Shown here piece by piece: positions 18,458 to 27,783 of a stretch of 64,000 nt of DNA. Numbering within the stretch: the stretch's first letter is position 1; each line of letters opens with the position of its first letter. Position numbers and translations under genes: made by a program. The notes beneath the pieces are model-generated. The model had not been told where the DNA came from, did no database searches, and worked only from the letters and a program-made list of their open reading frames with translations. Origin of the DNA: Candidatus Nanopelagicales bacterium (GTDB taxonomy: Bacteria; Actinomycetota; Actinomycetes; S36-B12; UBA5976); contig JAGYJD010000005.1 in the NCBI GenBank assembly GCA_018402365.1, positions 11,123 to 75,122 of the forward strand, in the 5' to 3' direction.

Positions 18458-19824
18458 ACTTTGGCCAGATTAAGTTGATGAGCTAGCTCTGCCGGCACTA
18501 AAGCTTCAACTTCCATGCCAACTTCTAAATTATTTAAAGACTTTAGTTTTCCTTCATTATGAATTTTGGCTAATAAATCACCTCTGGCATAAGGGATCAC
18601 TCCAAAAAATTCAATCGTGGGCTCAGGCAGATTACTTTCAATCACTTGCCAAAGGTTTTCAAATCCTTCTCCACTGTGAGCTGAAACAAAAATTGCCCCA
18701 AAAAATTCATGTTCTAAATCTTCTCGTTGCTCTTTGCTAAGTAAATCAATTTTGTTAAGCACTAAAATTTCACGGATATTATCAGCCCCGATTTCACTTA
18801 AGACTTCTCTGACTGCTAAATATTGACCCCGCGGGTCGGTATCTGAGGCATCCACCAAGTGCAAAATCACATCTGCGTCACTAACTTCTTCTAAAGTACT
18901 TCGAAAGGCATCAACTAATTGGTGGGGCAAATGTCTGACAAATCCCACCGTGTCACTAATTGTCACCTCTCTTCCGCTGGGCGCCTGCGCCTTTCTTACG
19001 GTGGTATCCAAAGTGGCAAATAAAGCATCTTCTACCAAAACATGACTGCCAGTAATGCGGTTTAACAAACTTGATTTACCAGCATTGGTATAGCCAGCAA
19101 TCGCCACTGCGGGGGTATTGCTTTTTCTTCGCACTGCTCTTTGGGTATCGCGGGTTCGGGCCATCTCTTTTATTTCTCGCCTTAACTTAACCATCGAGTC
19201 TCTAATTCTTCGACGATCTGTTTCGAGTTTGGTTTCACCTGGGCCGCGGGTTCCAATACCCACGCTGCCGCCACTGGCAGCTTGCCGACTTAGTGCATCA
19301 CCCCAACCTCTAAGCCGAGGCAACATATATTGCATTTGTGCCAGTGAGACTTGGGCTTTACCGTCTCGACTTTTTGCATGCTGCGCAAAAATATCCAAAA
19401 TTAACCAAGTTCGATCGATTACTTTTACCTTTACTGTGTCTTCTAAATGTCTTAACTGGCCCGGGGAGAGTTCACCATCGAAAATAACTGTGTCTGCTTG
19501 CGTCTCGGCTACAATTTTTTTTAACTCTAAAGCTTTTCCTGAGCCAATGTAAGTGGCAGTATCTGGAACATCTCTTCTCTGAATTACCCCTGAAAGCACA
19601 ATTGAGCCTGCTGTTTCAGCTAGCCGCGCCAACTCTTCTAAAGATCTTGTGGCTTCTTGCCAACTGCCGCTAATCCAGACCCCTGCTAAAACCACTTTTT
19701 CGATTCGAAGTTTTCGATATTCAACTTCACTAATTTCTTCTAATTCGGTAGAAAGACTTGGGACTCGGCGTAACGCCGCCCGATCGGCTACCTCAAAATC
19801 AGAGAGTGAAAAGGGTTCACTCAT
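18454..19824 (-). CDS. hflX: GTPase HflX
   Basis: HflX N-domain (LxxLAxTAG, DRTxLILDIFAxHA) plus G-domain GYTNAGKSSLLN, DTVGF, NKID. Confidence 0.95.
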   Translation of the reverse strand: MSEPFSLSDFEVADRAALRRVPSLSTELEEISEVEYRKLRIEKVVLAGVWISGSWQEATRSLEELARLAETAGSIVLSGVIQRRDVPDTATYIGSGKALELKKIVAETQADTVIFDGELSPGQLRHLEDTVKVKVIDRTWLILDIFAQHAKSRDGKAQVSLAQMQYMLPRLRGWGDALSRQAASGGSVGIGTRGPGETKLETDRRRIRDSMVKLRREIKEMARTRDTQRAVRRKSNTPAVAIAGYTNAGKSSLLNRITGSHVLVEDALFATLDTTVRKAQAPSGREVTISDTVGFVRHLPHQLVDAFRSTLEEVSDADVILHLVDASDTDPRGQYLAVREVLSEIGADNIREILVLNKIDLLSKEQREDLEHEFFGAIFVSAHSGEGFENLWQVIESNLPEPTIEFFGVIPYARGDLLAKIHNEGKLKSLNNLEVGMEVEALVPAELAHQLNLAKV

Positions 19825-20609
19825 TAAATGTTCAAAATTCCGCTGGCCACAAATTCCACCGGACCTGTCATAAGAATCTCATCTTCGACAAATTCAATTT
19901 TTAAACTGCCCCCCGCAACATTAACGGTAATTTCATCCTCGCCAGTTTGGCTTCTAATTATCGCCGCCACCGCGCAAGCCCCAGTACCGCAAGAGAGTGT
20001 CTCACCACTCCCACGTTCATAAACTCTAATCTTGACTTCTTTATCTGAAATTTTTTCAGCAAATTCTATGTTCACACCATCTTCGAATAAACCTGTAGTT
20101 GTCAAATTTGGAGCGACTGTGAAATCTTTTACTTTAGCTAAGTCAGCTACCATCACAACCGCATGCGGATTAGGTGCGGTAACAGCTTGAGCTGAATAGG
20201 CGAAGCCATGGTGTTCTATCGAAACTTCTTGATTTAAAATCTCAACTTTAGGCATCGAAACCGTGACAGAGTTTTCGCTGTTAATAATGGCTTTTACTAC
20301 TCCGGCGCGAGTTCTAAATTCAAAAGTTGATTCTTTGATCAATCCCTTTTTGTAAAGGTAGGCAGCAAATACTCTGGCGCCGTTTCCACACATCAAAGCT
20401 AAAGAACCATCTGAATTTCGGTAATCCATTAAGTACAAACCATCAGCTTGTAAAACTATTCGCAGGATTCCATCCGCACCAAGGCCAAAATGGCGATCGC
20501 AGATTTTTTTTACCTGGGCTTGATCTAAAACGATCTCACCGTCAATATCCTCAATTAAAATAAAGTCATTACCGGTGCCATGGGCTTTTTCAAATTTAAT
20601 TTGGTTCAT
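19824..20609 (-). CDS. dapF: diaminopimelate epimerase
   Basis: HGTGNDF start and two catalytic Cys motifs (MCGNGARV, SCGTGACAVA). Confidence 0.95.
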   Translation of the reverse strand: MNQIKFEKAHGTGNDFILIEDIDGEIVLDQAQVKKICDRHFGLGADGILRIVLQADGLYLMDYRNSDGSLALMCGNGARVFAAYLYKKGLIKESTFEFRTRAGVVKAIINSENSVTVSMPKVEILNQEVSIEHHGFAYSAQAVTAPNPHAVVMVADLAKVKDFTVAPNLTTTGLFEDGVNIEFAEKISDKEVKIRVYERGSGETLSCGTGACAVAAIIRSQTGEDEITVNVAGGSLKIEFVEDEILMTGPVEFVASGILNI

Positions 20610-21490
20610 TTGACACCTAGCCTACGGGTTTGCTCGAACAAATCTCTATCTTGCGCGTTTAACCAGGTAATTTTCTGGTCTCTTCTGAACCAAGACAATT
20701 GGCGACGGGCAAATTTGCGGGTGGCCAAAGCGGTATCAGCTTTTGCTTGAGCTAAATCAATTTTGCCCGACAAGTACTCAAGTACTTGCGAAACCCCCAG
20801 CGCCTTTTTGGCGGTCACTCCTAATTCAGCTTGCACGGCTTGGACTTCTGCCACAATCCCGCGCTCAAACATTCTCTCGACTCGTAAATCAATTCTTTGA
20901 TCTAAAACATCCCGCGCTAAATCTAAACCAATTCTCACATCTTTAAATATTGCTTCAGCGTTTGGTAAGGCAGCACTGTAAGGCTTGCCAGTTATTTCGA
21001 TAACCTCTAAAGCTCTAATAACTCGTCGTAAGTTGCCTGGCAAAATCTTTTCAGTGGCTTTTGGATCTTTTCGTTTTAATTCTGCATATAGATCTTCACC
21101 TTGATCGGCTCGGGCTTGTAGGGCATCTCTAACTTGTTTATCTACCTCTTGAAAGCTCAAGTCGTCAATCACTGACGTGACATATAAACCCGATCCCCCA
21201 ACCAAAATCGGATACTTATCGCGACTTAAAACGTCTTTAATGGCGCTACGTGCCAATTCTTGAAATTCTGCCACCGTGGCTTCTTTACCAACTGAATAAA
21301 TATCTAATAGATGATGGGGAACGCCTTTTTGCTCACTATGGCTTAATTTCGCAGTTGCAATATCTAAACCTCGATAGAGCTGCATCGCATCTGCGTTAAT
21401 TATTTCGCCAGCTAATTCTAAAGCCAGCTCAATTGCTAAATCACTTTTACCAACTGCGGTAGGACCAATTATTACGATTAGATTCTTCAC
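20606..21490 (-). CDS. miaA: tRNA (adenosine37-N6)-dimethylallyltransferase
   Basis: [16 protein letters not shown]-loop, [18 protein letters not shown], VGGSGLY motifs. Confidence 0.95.
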   Translation of the reverse strand: MKNLIVIIGPTAVGKSDLAIELALELAGEIINADAMQLYRGLDIATAKLSHSEQKGVPHHLLDIYSVGKEATVAEFQELARSAIKDVLSRDKYPILVGGSGLYVTSVIDDLSFQEVDKQVRDALQARADQGEDLYAELKRKDPKATEKILPGNLRRVIRALEVIEITGKPYSAALPNAEAIFKDVRIGLDLARDVLDQRIDLRVERMFERGIVAEVQAVQAELGVTAKKALGVSQVLEYLSGKIDLAQAKADTALATRKFARRQLSWFRRDQKITWLNAQDRDLFEQTRRLGVK

Positions 21491-22920
21491 GAGCTTTTAA
21501 TTAAAACCGGCATCCCTAAAGAAACTGCATTGCCTTTATCAGTTTGTCTGACTTCCCATAAATCCCCCGCCTTGCTGCGTCTAACTTCGCAACCAGCATC
21601 AGCTACCAAGTGATAAGGCGCAGCATAGGTAATTTCGGTTGTTACAAAATCCCCGGGTCTTATTTTTTGACTTTCTTCATAAGCAAAATGCACCAAGCGA
21701 TTTTCTGGCGTTCTACCGGAAAGACGATGTGTTTCGCTATCTTTTTTGCCTTCTCGCGGAGCTACTAATACTTCTACCTTTTTGCCTACTTGCTTTTTAC
21801 TTTCTTGCCAAGCAATCTCGTTCACAACTTTTAATAGCTTTTCAAATCTCACTTGTACTAATTCTGGTGGAATTTGATCTGGTAATTCAGCAGCAGGTGT
21901 TCCGGGTCTTTTTGAATATTGAAAGGTGTAAGCCATAGCAAATCTAGCTTTTTGGACAACATCAATTGTTTCTGCTAGATCTTCATCATTCTCACCCGGA
22001 AATCCAACAATGATGTCGGTAGTAATGGCCGCATTTGGGATGTGATGTCTTACTTGATCAATAATTTCAAGATAGCGCTCTTTACGATATGAACGGCGCA
22101 TCGCTTTTAGAATTCGATCTGAACCCGATTGCAAAGGCATATGTAATTGCGGCACCACATTTGCAGTTTCTTTCATTGCTAAAATAACTTCTTCAGTGAA
22201 ATCCCTTGGGTGCGGTGAGGTAAATCGAACTCGCTCTAACCCTTCAATCTCGCCGCAAGCCCGCAGTAAATCAGCAAAAGCTTCTTTCTCACCAAACTCA
22301 ACCCCATATGAATTAACATTTTGCCCAAGCAGCGTCACCTCAACTACCCCGTCGTCAACTAAAGCTTTAATCTCATCCAAGATCTCGCCAGCCCGGCGGT
22401 CTTTCTCTTTTCCACGCAAGGCGGGAACAATGCAGAAAGTGCAAGAGTTGTTACACCCCACACTGATTGATACCCAAGCCGAATATGAAGACTCTCTTTT
22501 ACTTGGCAAATCAGAAGGGAAAACTTCTAAACTTTCTAAAATCTCAATCTGCGCTTCTTTTTGACTTTTAGCTCTTGCTAATAAAACAGGCAGGGCATTC
22601 ACATTGTGAGTTCCAAAAACCACATCTACCCAGGGAGCCCGTCTTAAAATTTCACCACGGTCTTTTTGAGCTAAACAACCACCAACTGCGATCTGTAGAT
22701 CCGGATTTTTTTCTTTTTCTTGCACCAGCATTCCCAAGGTGCCGTAAAGTTTTTGGTCTGCGTTTTCTCTAACCGCACAAGTATTTAAAACCACAACATC
22801 AGCCGAATCGCCTGTAGCCTGGACAAATCCAGCGTCCTCTAATAAGCCACTTAGCCGCTCAGAGTCGTGGGCATTCATCTGGCAGCCAAAAGTCGTTACG
22901 CGGTAGGTACCTTTATTCAT
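21487..22920 (-). CDS. miaB: tRNA-2-methylthio-N6-dimethylallyladenosine synthase (radical SAM methylthiotransferase)
   Basis: UPF0004 N-domain TFGCQMN, radical-SAM CNNSCTFC, C-terminal TRAM domain. Directly upstream of miaA. Confidence 0.95.
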   Translation of the reverse strand: MNKGTYRVTTFGCQMNAHDSERLSGLLEDAGFVQATGDSADVVVLNTCAVRENADQKLYGTLGMLVQEKEKNPDLQIAVGGCLAQKDRGEILRRAPWVDVVFGTHNVNALPVLLARAKSQKEAQIEILESLEVFPSDLPSKRESSYSAWVSISVGCNNSCTFCIVPALRGKEKDRRAGEILDEIKALVDDGVVEVTLLGQNVNSYGVEFGEKEAFADLLRACGEIEGLERVRFTSPHPRDFTEEVILAMKETANVVPQLHMPLQSGSDRILKAMRRSYRKERYLEIIDQVRHHIPNAAITTDIIVGFPGENDEDLAETIDVVQKARFAMAYTFQYSKRPGTPAAELPDQIPPELVQVRFEKLLKVVNEIAWQESKKQVGKKVEVLVAPREGKKDSETHRLSGRTPENRLVHFAYEESQKIRPGDFVTTEITYAAPYHLVADAGCEVRRSKAGDLWEVRQTDKGNAVSLGMPVLIKSS

Positions 22921-22993
22921 TAGGTTCCTAGATTACGGCCTAGTTGAATTGTTCGCTTAAACCCTCCTAGAAGAGGAATTCATTTATCGATAA

Positions 22994-24085
22994 CTACTTT
23001 TTTCGTTCCACAGTTTGATTAATCTGTACCGTCTTTTCGCTAGGAGTGGTTAATGAAACGTTCACTTCACACATTTCACCTTTTTTAACCAACACCCGGC
23101 GCCCTTTAACCCGGCAACTCTCTGGATTAGCGGTAGCAATTGAGAGCGAGTAATTTTTTGGCGCTTTAGGTAAAAGTACTCTTCGCTTGGTCATTTCATC
23201 AGGGATTCGATTGGCTACCTTCATGGCAAAGTTATTGACTTTGCGTTTCTCTCTGCCTGCAATCTCTAAGTCTGATATTTGAGTTTTCAATTCACTCAAC
23301 ATTGCAGAAGTTGTTATAGCAACTGGTAAGTAAGAACACACTTGACCAGACTGACCCGCCAACGCCCAATCAGTACAAACTTGCTTGCCGGGATTTTGTT
23401 CGGCAATTCTGCGGGCACGGTTTCTAGCTAATTCTTCGCCAGCCATATTTGCCGCCCATTGATCAAGCAAAGCGGCTCGCTCTGTAGGTGAGTAATCAAA
23501 AGTTTGATTATTTACCCCATAGCGCAAAACTGCATACTGTGGATCAGCTTCTAGTTCTGCGCGAACACTTTGATAAACAGAACTTGTGCGATCCGTCTCA
23601 ACTACGCTGCTGGTCTGCAAAGGAACGATGGTACAAACCCCACCACTACCAGAGCCTGAGTATTGCGAGGAGTAACTCCAATTTCGGCAAACTTGCACAC
23701 CTGGATTTCTAGCTGCTTCTGCTTCTGCTTCTCTTTGCGCATTTTCTTGTAAGCTCTGAATATTATTTTGCTCTTGCCTATAATCTTCAATGGCAGTGCC
23801 AACGTCTAAAGTGCCACCTGAATCTCTATATTCTTGATGAATATCACCACCAATTAAATAAACATCCCAATCTTGTTGTCTAACGCATTTAATTCTGTAG
23901 TACCTGGTCCCGTCAGGATTGTTACCAGATTCACCTGTTCTGACCGGGTGAGAGCTAGGGCAGGTTGCATTAGCGTCGTCGTAGGTGATTGTGTCGCCGC
24001 CATAATTCGGATCTGACGCAACCGCTCCAGTGCTCACAGAAAGACTTGTAAGAATTAAAACCAAACTAAAGAAAAATCTTTTCAT
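22994..24085 (-). CDS. hypothetical secreted protein with an internal Cys-containing duplication
   Basis: Signal peptide MKRFFFSLVLILTSLSVSTGAVA. Two related modules, (A)ARNPGVQVCRNW...GGVCTIVP and (A)EQNPGKQVCTDW...GQVCSYLP. I recognise no family. Confidence 0.55.
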   Translation of the reverse strand: MKRFFFSLVLILTSLSVSTGAVASDPNYGGDTITYDDANATCPSSHPVRTGESGNNPDGTRYYRIKCVRQQDWDVYLIGGDIHQEYRDSGGTLDVGTAIEDYRQEQNNIQSLQENAQREAEAEAARNPGVQVCRNWSYSSQYSGSGSGGVCTIVPLQTSSVVETDRTSSVYQSVRAELEADPQYAVLRYGVNNQTFDYSPTERAALLDQWAANMAGEELARNRARRIAEQNPGKQVCTDWALAGQSGQVCSYLPVAITTSAMLSELKTQISDLEIAGREKRKVNNFAMKVANRIPDEMTKRRVLLPKAPKNYSLSIATANPESCRVKGRRVLVKKGEMCEVNVSLTTPSEKTVQINQTVERKK

Positions 24086-24141
24086 TTACTACCCCCAGTT
24101 TCTATTTCTAACCTAACAGTGGCCGGTGACAAATTTTGGGG

Positions 24142-24711
24142 CTAGTTTTCAAAAACCACTGCATCTGGCATATCGGATACGATTTCTTTAGCTACCCGAT
24201 AACAAAGGTTTGAGGCGTAACCTTTTCTTGCTAAAAACCCCACCAGACGTCGAATTTGTGTATCGCGATCTTCTCTTTGTAAGGCACGATACTTTTTTTG
24301 GGCCAATGCTTTAGCTGACTCATATTCCTCTTCAGCGCTGATTTCAGATAAAGCTGCCTGAGCCGTATCGTCTGAAACGCCCTTTTGTCGCAACTCTTGC
24401 TTTAAAACCCCACCCGCTAGGCCTTTAGAGCGATGGCGGGTTGAAACCCATGTTTTTGCAAAGTCATCATCATTTATTAGACCCACTTCTTCTAAGCGGT
24501 CTAATGCGTCTTTGGCAATATCGTCTGAAAAAGACTTTTCACGCAGTTCTTTGGCTAATTCGCTTCTGGTGCGGGCACGCGAATTAAGCCTTCTTAATAG
24601 AAAGTCTTTTGCTGCTTGAGTTTGCTCAAGTCGCACTTGCTCAGCATTTTCTTCATTGACTAATTGCAAATGGCGCCCAAAAGCTTGAGCGCCACTGTTT
24701 TGATCTGTCAT
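24142..24711 (-). CDS. recX: recombination regulator RecX
   Basis: Three-helix-repeat pattern (RSELAKELREKSF, VGLINDDDFAKTWV, ELRQKGV). Start overlaps the recA stop by 1 nt. Confidence 0.9.
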   Translation of the reverse strand: MTDQNSGAQAFGRHLQLVNEENAEQVRLEQTQAAKDFLLRRLNSRARTRSELAKELREKSFSDDIAKDALDRLEEVGLINDDDFAKTWVSTRHRSKGLAGGVLKQELRQKGVSDDTAQAALSEISAEEEYESAKALAQKKYRALQREDRDTQIRRLVGFLARKGYASNLCYRVAKEIVSDMPDAVVFEN

Positions 24712-25748
24712 TATTCAGCTTTAGCTATAGGAACCACTTCTGCTTCTGGCTGTTCACCTAAACCCTTATTGACTTTAATCTTTTCTTCGATTTCGTTCGC
24801 CATTTCTGGGTTATCTTTTAAGAAGCTACGAGCATTCTCTTTACCTTGGCCAAGCTGATCGCCGTCGTAGGTATACCAAGAGCCACTCTTTTTAACGATC
24901 TCACACTCAACACCCATGTCGATCAAAGAACCTTCGCGTGAGATTCCCTCACCAAAAATGATGTCGAATTCTGCTTGCTTGAAAGGTGGTGCCACTTTGT
25001 TTTTAACAACCTTGACTCTAGTTCTGTTACCAACAGCGTCGGTACCATCTTTTAAGGTCTCTATGCGTCGAATGTCTAAGCGAACTGAAGCATAAAACTT
25101 CAATGCCTTACCACCAGTGGTTGTTTCTGGAGATCCGAACATCACACCAATTTTGTCACGAAGTTGGTTAATAAAAATTGCGGTGGTATTGGTGCCGCTA
25201 ATCGCACCAGTCATCTTGCGAAGGGCCTGGCTCATCAAACGAGCTTGCAAGCCCATATGACTATCACCCATTTCGCCTTCGATTTCTGCTCTTGGAGTTA
25301 AAGCTGCCACTGAGTCGATAACTAAAATGGTTAAAGCCCCTGAGCGAACTAACATGTCTGCAATTTCTAAAGCTTGCTCACCAGTATCTGGTTGACTGAC
25401 TAATAATGCATCAATGTCTACACCTAAAGCTTTTGCATATTCAGGATCAAATGCATGCTCAGCATCAATGAAGGCTGCGATTCCGCCAGCTTTTTGTGCT
25501 GAAGCGATTGCATGCAAAGCAACAGTAGTTTTACCTGATGATTCAGGACCATAAATTTCTACAACGCGACCTCTTGGCAAGCCGCCAATTCCAAGTGCAA
25601 TATCTAATGCAACAGAACCGGTTGGGATAACTTCTACTGCAACGCGCTCCTCGGCGCCCATCCGCATTACTGAGCCTTTACCGAACTGACGCTCAATCTG
25701 TGACAATGCCGCGTCTAATGCCTTATCACGATCATTTGCTGCTGCCAT
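24711..25748 (-). CDS. recA: recombinase RecA (no intein)
   Basis: [13 protein letters not shown], Walker [10 protein letters not shown] and L1/L2 loop sequences. 345 aa, uninterrupted. Confidence 0.98.
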   Translation of the reverse strand: MAAANDRDKALDAALSQIERQFGKGSVMRMGAEERVAVEVIPTGSVALDIALGIGGLPRGRVVEIYGPESSGKTTVALHAIASAQKAGGIAAFIDAEHAFDPEYAKALGVDIDALLVSQPDTGEQALEIADMLVRSGALTILVIDSVAALTPRAEIEGEMGDSHMGLQARLMSQALRKMTGAISGTNTTAIFINQLRDKIGVMFGSPETTTGGKALKFYASVRLDIRRIETLKDGTDAVGNRTRVKVVKNKVAPPFKQAEFDIIFGEGISREGSLIDMGVECEIVKKSGSWYTYDGDQLGQGKENARSFLKDNPEMANEIEEKIKVNKGLGEQPEAEVVPIAKAE

Positions 25749-25793
25749 TTTTATGACCCTCTCTTTGGGCTTGTATTTTTATCGGACCTCATT

Positions 25794-25816
25794 ACAGTAA
25801 GTCTTAGGACCGACAA
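25794..25816 (-). promoter_or_regulatory. RecA-NDp-type (PafBC-dependent, LexA-independent) DNA-damage promoter of recA
   Basis: The minus strand reads TTGTCGGTC-ctaagact-TACTGT. This matches the published actinobacterial motif tTGTCRgtg-8nt-TAnnnT except at the last base of the upstream element. It lies 46-68 nt upstream of the recA ATG. Confidence 0.7.
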
Positions 25817-25867
25817 ATCCCCCAGCCGAAAAAAATCTGTGGACTAACCTTCGAGGTCCAAGATAGT

Positions 25868-25883
25868 CCGAACACCTGTTCGA
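25868..25883. promoter_or_regulatory. LexA SOS box (actinobacterial/Cheo-box type)
   Basis: CCGAACACCTGTTCGA contains the palindrome CGAAC-N4-GTTCG of the consensus TCGAAC-N4-GTTCGA. It lies about 120 nt upstream of recA, just downstream of the toxin gene. Confidence 0.8.
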
Positions 25884-25907
25884 ATCAATTCAGACACGCC
25901 GGTTGAA

Positions 25908-26171
25908 TCAGAGATTGCGATAAACGTCCCTTCTAAATCCCACTCTGAGCACTTCGATGATGAGCTGGTCTTGAAAAATCTGATAAATAATTCGATAGTC
26001 GCCTATTCGAACTCGATAGTGGTTTGATAAACCCTTTACCTTTCTAACTTTTGGCGGAAAGGGATTTTCTCTTAGTAGCTCTATCGCTATGTAGATTCTA
26101 AGTCGGTCTTTAGGCGGTACCCGCGCAAGAAATTTTGCGGCTAGTTTGCGTATTTTTACCTGATATAGCAT
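25908..26171 (-). CDS. type II toxin, RelE/ParE family
   Basis: 87 aa. Pattern ...LSNHYRVRIGDYRIIYQIFQDQLIIEVLRVGFRRDVY is typical of RelE/StbE/ParE toxins. It starts 14 nt after the antitoxin gene. Confidence 0.85.
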   Translation of the reverse strand: MLYQVKIRKLAAKFLARVPPKDRLRIYIAIELLRENPFPPKVRKVKGLSNHYRVRIGDYRIIYQIFQDQLIIEVLRVGFRRDVYRNL

Positions 26172-26185
26172 TCGGATTAAGCCCC

Positions 26186-26446
26186 CTACGGCTTTGTAGG
26201 TAGTCCGAGCTCAGCCTTTACCTCGTCCCAATCAACAGACTCTTCATCCTCACTAATTTGTGATATTTCTTCTAGATCCATCAAATCTTCTGCTGACTCC
26301 ATTAACTCATTGAAAATCTCTGGATCAACCAAAACTGCAACAACCTTTCCCCTGCGGGTCACAAAAACAGGTTCTTTCGAAAGTCGCGCACCATCAATTA
26401 AATCTGCAATGTTTTCTCTGAATTGACTTACTGCCATAATCGTCAT
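26186..26446 (-). CDS. type II antitoxin, Phd/YefM family
   Basis: AVSQFRENIADLIDGARLSKEPVFVTRRGKVVAVLVDPEIF is a canonical Phd/YefM N-domain, followed by an acidic C-terminal tail. Start chosen at ATG 26446 (probably leaderless); the track ORF starts at 26461. Confidence 0.85.
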   Translation of the reverse strand: MTIMAVSQFRENIADLIDGARLSKEPVFVTRRGKVVAVLVDPEIFNELMESAEDLMDLEEISQISEDEESVDWDEVKAELGLPTKP

Positions 26447-26481
26447 GTACAAATTGTACATATTATTTGTACAATTAGCAA
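26446..26481 (-). promoter_or_regulatory. candidate toxin-antitoxin promoter with three TGTACA operator hexamers
   Basis: On the minus strand: TTGCTA (26481-26476), 17 nt, TACAAT (26458-26453), 6 nt, ATG. The self-complementary TGTACA occurs at 26446-51, 26455-60 and 26468-73. Confidence 0.45.
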
Positions 26482-26676
26482 CTACCGAACCTCAGGCCCC
26501 CAGCCTTGGTTTTTGACCACCGCTTCCCAGATGGTCTTGGTTTCATAACCCAACTCAATCGCCTCAACCACGCTCACCCCACCGAGCTCAGGCAGGACGT
26601 AATCTCTCGCCCAACTTCGAGCGTAGCTAGCTCCGAATTGAAACTCCATTCGGTTCCAGAACTCAGTTAATCGCAT
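26482..26676 (-). CDS. DUF3046 domain-containing protein (the conserved small gene normally found immediately upstream of actinobacterial recA)
   Basis: MRLTEFWNRMEFQFGASYARSWARDYVLPELGG is the characteristic DUF3046 sequence. 64 aa. Confidence 0.8.
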   Translation of the reverse strand: MRLTEFWNRMEFQFGASYARSWARDYVLPELGGVSVVEAIELGYETKTIWEAVVKNQGWGPEVR

Positions 26677-26697
26677 AAGGCAATAATGTAATAGCCC

Positions 26698-27783
26698 ATG
26701 GAACTTTACCCAGCCACGCTGTTGGCGCGTTGGATTTTAGGCTGGTTTATTTGGCGCCCCTTTAAGGTAATCAAGCTACAAAAACCCCGTTCCATGCCTA
26801 GCATTTCGGTAATCATCCCCGCTCGCAATGAGGCCAAAAATATTGCAAAAGTTCTCACTTCTTTAACTACTCAAACTTACAAAAATTTTGAAACCTTGGT
26901 GGTGGACGATCACTCGCAAGATGGCACCAAAGATATTGCAGAAAACCTAAACTTTCGCGTTTTACAAAGCGAAGCGCTACCACTTGATTGGACCGGTAAA
27001 TCCTTTGCGCTATGGCAAGGTGTGAAGGCGACAAATTCTGATCTACTTTTATTTTTAGATGCAGACTGCCACCTAGCGCCTAACTTGATTGAAAGCCTCT
27101 TAGCTGAATATGAAAAAACCCAAGGCATTGTTTCTTTGCAGCCGTATCACAAAACCCAAAAAGCTTACGAAAATCTCTCTGCTGTTTTTAACTTAATAGG
27201 CGCACTTGGTGCCAAATTAGGTAAGGACCAAGGCCAAGCGTTTGGTCCGTGCTTAATGATTTCTCGAGAAGATTACCTAACAATTGGCACCCACGAGGCT
27301 GTCAAAGAACAAGTATTAGAAGACCGAGCTTTAGGTCAATCTGCCATCGCTCACTCCTTAAAGGTAAGAGCGCTGGCTGGGGGCGAATTAATTTCATTCA
27401 GAATGTATCCAGATGGTGTTAAAGCACTCTCGCAAGGCTTTACTAAAAATATGGCGCAAGGATCGGTGGGCTTAGGTTTTTGGCCCTTTGTTTTACTCTT
27501 TGCCTGGTTCAGCGGCTTAGCCGCGGCGGCGTGGGAGCTACCTTTTGCCTTTTTGGCGTGGCCCTTTACTGGGCAGGCCCCCAGTCTTTATCAATATGTG
27601 TTAACGATTGGCTTTGGTTTGCAGTTTTACATAATGACATGGCGCTTAGGTAATTTTGGTTGGGCGATTTTTTGGTACCCGCTACAAGTAGCCTTCTTTT
27701 TAATTATCTTTTTCACATCAGTTTTTAAAACTGCTAATGGCAAGGTGGTCTGGAAGGGCCGCGAGATCGCGAGCAACAAGTGA
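26698..27783 (+). CDS. crtQ: family-2 glycosyltransferase, CrtQ-like (4,4'-diaponeurosporenoate / carotenoid glycosyltransferase type)
   Basis: SVIIPARNEAKNI, DDHSQDGT, FLDADC, SLQPYHKTQKAYENLSAVFNL, AFGP, FRMYPDG...QGFTKN, a C-terminal TM bundle and VWKGRE. These are collinear with my recollection of S. aureus CrtQ. Confidence 0.7.
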   Translation: MELYPATLLARWILGWFIWRPFKVIKLQKPRSMPSISVIIPARNEAKNIAKVLTSLTTQTYKNFETLVVDDHSQDGTKDIAENLNFRVLQSEALPLDWTGKSFALWQGVKATNSDLLLFLDADCHLAPNLIESLLAEYEKTQGIVSLQPYHKTQKAYENLSAVFNLIGALGAKLGKDQGQAFGPCLMISREDYLTIGTHEAVKEQVLEDRALGQSAIAHSLKVRALAGGELISFRMYPDGVKALSQGFTKNMAQGSVGLGFWPFVLLFAWFSGLAAAAWELPFAFLAWPFTGQAPSLYQYVLTIGFGLQFYIMTWRLGNFGWAIFWYPLQVAFFLIIFFTSVFKTANGKVVWKGREIASNK

